From assembly GCA_963699445.1 (NCBI GenBank), contig CAVOTX010000010.1, positions 258,453 to 322,452 of the forward strand: 64,000 bases of DNA, read 5' to 3'. Positions within the stretch are counted from its first letter, which is position 1. Every line of letters starts with the position of its first letter. The notes under the pieces are model-generated. The model did no database searches and was not told the origin of the DNA. It was given only the letters and a program-made list of their open reading frames with translations. Shown here piece after piece: positions 62,355 through 64,000 of the stretch. This stretch comes from an uncultured Planctomycetia bacterium. GTDB taxonomy: Bacteria > Planctomycetota > Planctomycetia > Pirellulales > PALSA-1355. A program made the position numbers and the translations under genes.

Positions 62355-64000
62355 ATGGCGGCCAGGGATTCGTGGGTGGTCGTAAAGAGAACTGCTTGGT
62401 GCGCGGCAGGCGGCCTGTTTGGCCTGCTGCTCTGCGGATGCCCGGGCCCCTCGACCGTCAACTCGAAGTCGCCGGGTTCCGACCCGCTGGAAGCGATGAA
62501 AACCGCCTACCAGCAGGCGGCCAGCTACGGCGATGCGGGCGAATTGCACATCGAGTTCACGCGCCGCGGCGAGACCAGCGAGATTCCGCCCATCCCGTTT
62601 GCCGTTTCTCTCGAACGGCCCAACAAGCTGCGCGTGAACGCCTTCGACGGCGTCGTCGCCTGCGATGGCAAGCAATTCTATGCCGTGGTCGCTGACGACG
62701 CGATGAGCGACCAGGTCCTGTACCACCCGGCGCCGGCCGACCTGACGCTCGAACAGGTTTACTCCGATCCGGCGCTCGAGCAAATGCTCAGCGGCGGCAC
62801 GGGCGTGCGATTGCCGCAGCTCGAACTGCTCTTGGGCGACAAGCCGCTGGCGACCGTGTTTGGCGAAGAGCGCGAAACCAAGCGGCTCGAAGACCGCGCG
62901 ATCGACAACGACGAGGCCCCGTGCCAGCGGGTCGAGGTCAAGAGCGCGCTTGGCCGCTTCGTGGCCTGGATCGATCCCAAGACTCATGTGCTGCGGCGGC
63001 TGGAAATGCCTACCTCCTTGTTCCAGAAGAAGGACGAATCGGCCGAGGCGGTGGAATACCGGGTCTGGGCCGAATTCCAAGGAGCCCGGCTGGGAACGAA
63101 GATCGATCCCAAGGCGTTCCAATTCGGCGAACTGCCGAACTCGGCCATGTTGCTCAAACGATTCGTGCCGCCGCCGCCCGGAGTGCGCGACGAGCCGGCC
63201 GAACTGCTCGGTAAACCGATCGACAAATTCGAATTCGTCGATGTCGACGGCCAGAGGGTCGACGCGCAAAGCTTGCAGGGCAAGGTCGCGGTGCTGGACT
63301 TCTGGTTCCTCAACTGCCCGTATTGCTTCGCCGGGTTTCCCAACTTGCAGAAGGTCTACGACCAATACAAAGACAACGACCGCGTGGCCTTCCTGACGGT
63401 GGACACCGACGCGCCGTCGATTTCCAACGAGGCTTTGCACAGCGCGTTCCAAAAAGCCGACTTGCACTTGCCGATCGTGCGAGATCCCAATCGCCTCGCC
63501 GGAGAAGCCTTCAAGGTCGAAGCCTGCCCGACGCTCGTCGTGCTCGGCGCCGACGGCAGCGTGCAGGGCTACAAGCTGGGGCTCGAACGCGACCTGGCTG
63601 ACACGTTGCCCAAGAAAATTGATCGCTTGCTGGCCGGCACCGACCTGGCACAAGAAGAACTCGCCCGATTCGAGCGCGAGTGCGAAGAATTCAAACGCCG
63701 CAAGATCGAGCAACTCGCCGGCACGACCCAGCAATTCGAGTTGCCGCAGGCCAAGATCGGCGAAAAAAGCGACCCCACGGCGATCAAACTGACCAAACTG
63801 TGGACGGCCGCCGGTCTCAAGAATCCAGGCAATCTGCTGGTCATCCCCGCCGAATCCGGGCCGCGAATCCTGGCCCTCGACGGCTGGAGCAAGATCGTCG
63901 AGCTGGATGCCGCGGGCAAGACCGTGGCCGAGCACGAATTCACGCTGCCCGTGGGAGCAACCGTCACCCAGTTGCGCACCGCCGTCGACGGCCAACAGCG
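62355..64000 (+). CDS. lipoprotein with LolA-like N-domain and thioredoxin-like (TlpA/redoxin, CxxC) domain; 3' end beyond window
   Basis: Not in the ORF track because it has no stop within the window. ATG at 62355: MAARDSWVVVKRTAWCAAGGLFGLLLCGCPG... then ...KVAVLDFWFLNCPYCFAGFPNLQKVYDQYKDNDRVAFLTVDTD...ACPTLVVLGADGSV.... Open for 1646 nt without a break. The antisense ORF 62196..63995 is spurious. Confidence 0.75.
   Translation, partial: MAARDSWVVVKRTAWCAAGGLFGLLLCGCPGPSTVNSKSPGSDPLEAMKTAYQQAASYGDAGELHIEFTRRGETSEIPPIPFAVSLERPNKLRVNAFDGVVACDGKQFYAVVADDAMSDQVLYHPAPADLTLEQVYSDPALEQMLSGGTGVRLPQLELLLGDKPLATVFGEERETKRLEDRAIDNDEAPCQRVEVKSALGRFVAWIDPKTHVLRRLEMPTSLFQKKDESAEAVEYRVWAEFQGARLGTKIDPKAFQFGELPNSAMLLKRFVPPPPGVRDEPAELLGKPIDKFEFVDVDGQRVDAQSLQGKVAVLDFWFLNCPYCFAGFPNLQKVYDQYKDNDRVAFLTVDTDAPSISNEALHSAFQKADLHLPIVRDPNRLAGEAFKVEACPTLVVLGADGSVQGYKLGLERDLADTLPKKIDRLLAGTDLAQEELARFERECEEFKRRKIEQLAGTTQQFELPQAKIGEKSDPTAIKLTKLWTAAGLKNPGNLLVIPAESGPRILALDGWSKIVELDAAGKTVAEHEFTLPVGATVTQLRTAVDGQQ

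Noticed and set aside
1-64000. Programmed ribosomal frameshifting or recoding as the explanation for the frame breaks.
   Set aside because: There are far too many sites, in unrelated genes, in both directions, and without recurring slippery heptamers or downstream structures that I could see.

Overview
GC-rich chromosomal segment (about two-thirds G+C by eye, not computed). The gene content looks like a Planctomycetota (Pirellulales-like) genome: a DUF1501 plus DUF1549/DUF1553 pair, a TAT-signal Gfo/Idh/MocA oxidoreductase, a giant surface protein with an N-terminal ...SLEDRRLLA motif, RFSLRTLF-type N-termini, an LRR protein and an FGE-like enzyme. I recognise about 49 protein-coding loci. 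I saw no rRNA, tRNA, CRISPR array, integrase or transposase. Main blocks: (i) 1-7135, an ExbB + 3x ExbD motor cluster with a Pro-rich anchored protein and a prenyltransferase/terpene-cyclase-like toroid protein; (ii) 7.8-13.8 kb, LptF/G-like permease, MATE pump, DUF1501, DUF1553; (iii) 14.5-29.4 kb, ABC exporter, Cys/Gly-rich small protein, oxidoreductase, ~1560-aa repeat adhesin, LRR protein, parvulin PPIase, FGE-like enzyme; (iv) 33.3-38.9 kb, heterodimeric ABC exporter pair and a fused amino-acid SBP-permease; (v) 38.9-44.1 kb, co-directional dienelactone hydrolase, P-loop NTPase with a transmembrane insert (KAP-like), secreted protein, zinc-ribbon/GYF protein; (vi) 44.7-55 kb, ClpP-like, c-type cytochrome, apbE, DedA, GlnQ-like ATPase, motA-motB, zwf-gnd; (vii) 55.1-59.0 kb, the most unusual region, a candidate polymorphic toxin/immunity locus with a displaced orphan cassette that shares a 31-nt identical junction; (viii) ygfZ-like, LarA-like and a LolA-like/thioredoxin lipoprotein running off the right edge. 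Caveat: many genes, including housekeeping ones, can only be read by hopping between frames. I count roughly 70-80 apparent +/-1 indels by eye, and they are unevenly distributed. Merged coordinates below are conceptual reconstructions. Loci with 2 or more frame breaks are typed pseudogene 'as assembled', although assembly error is the more likely cause. The supplied ORF track writes alternative starts (GTG/TTG) as M and omits ORFs that run off the window edges.
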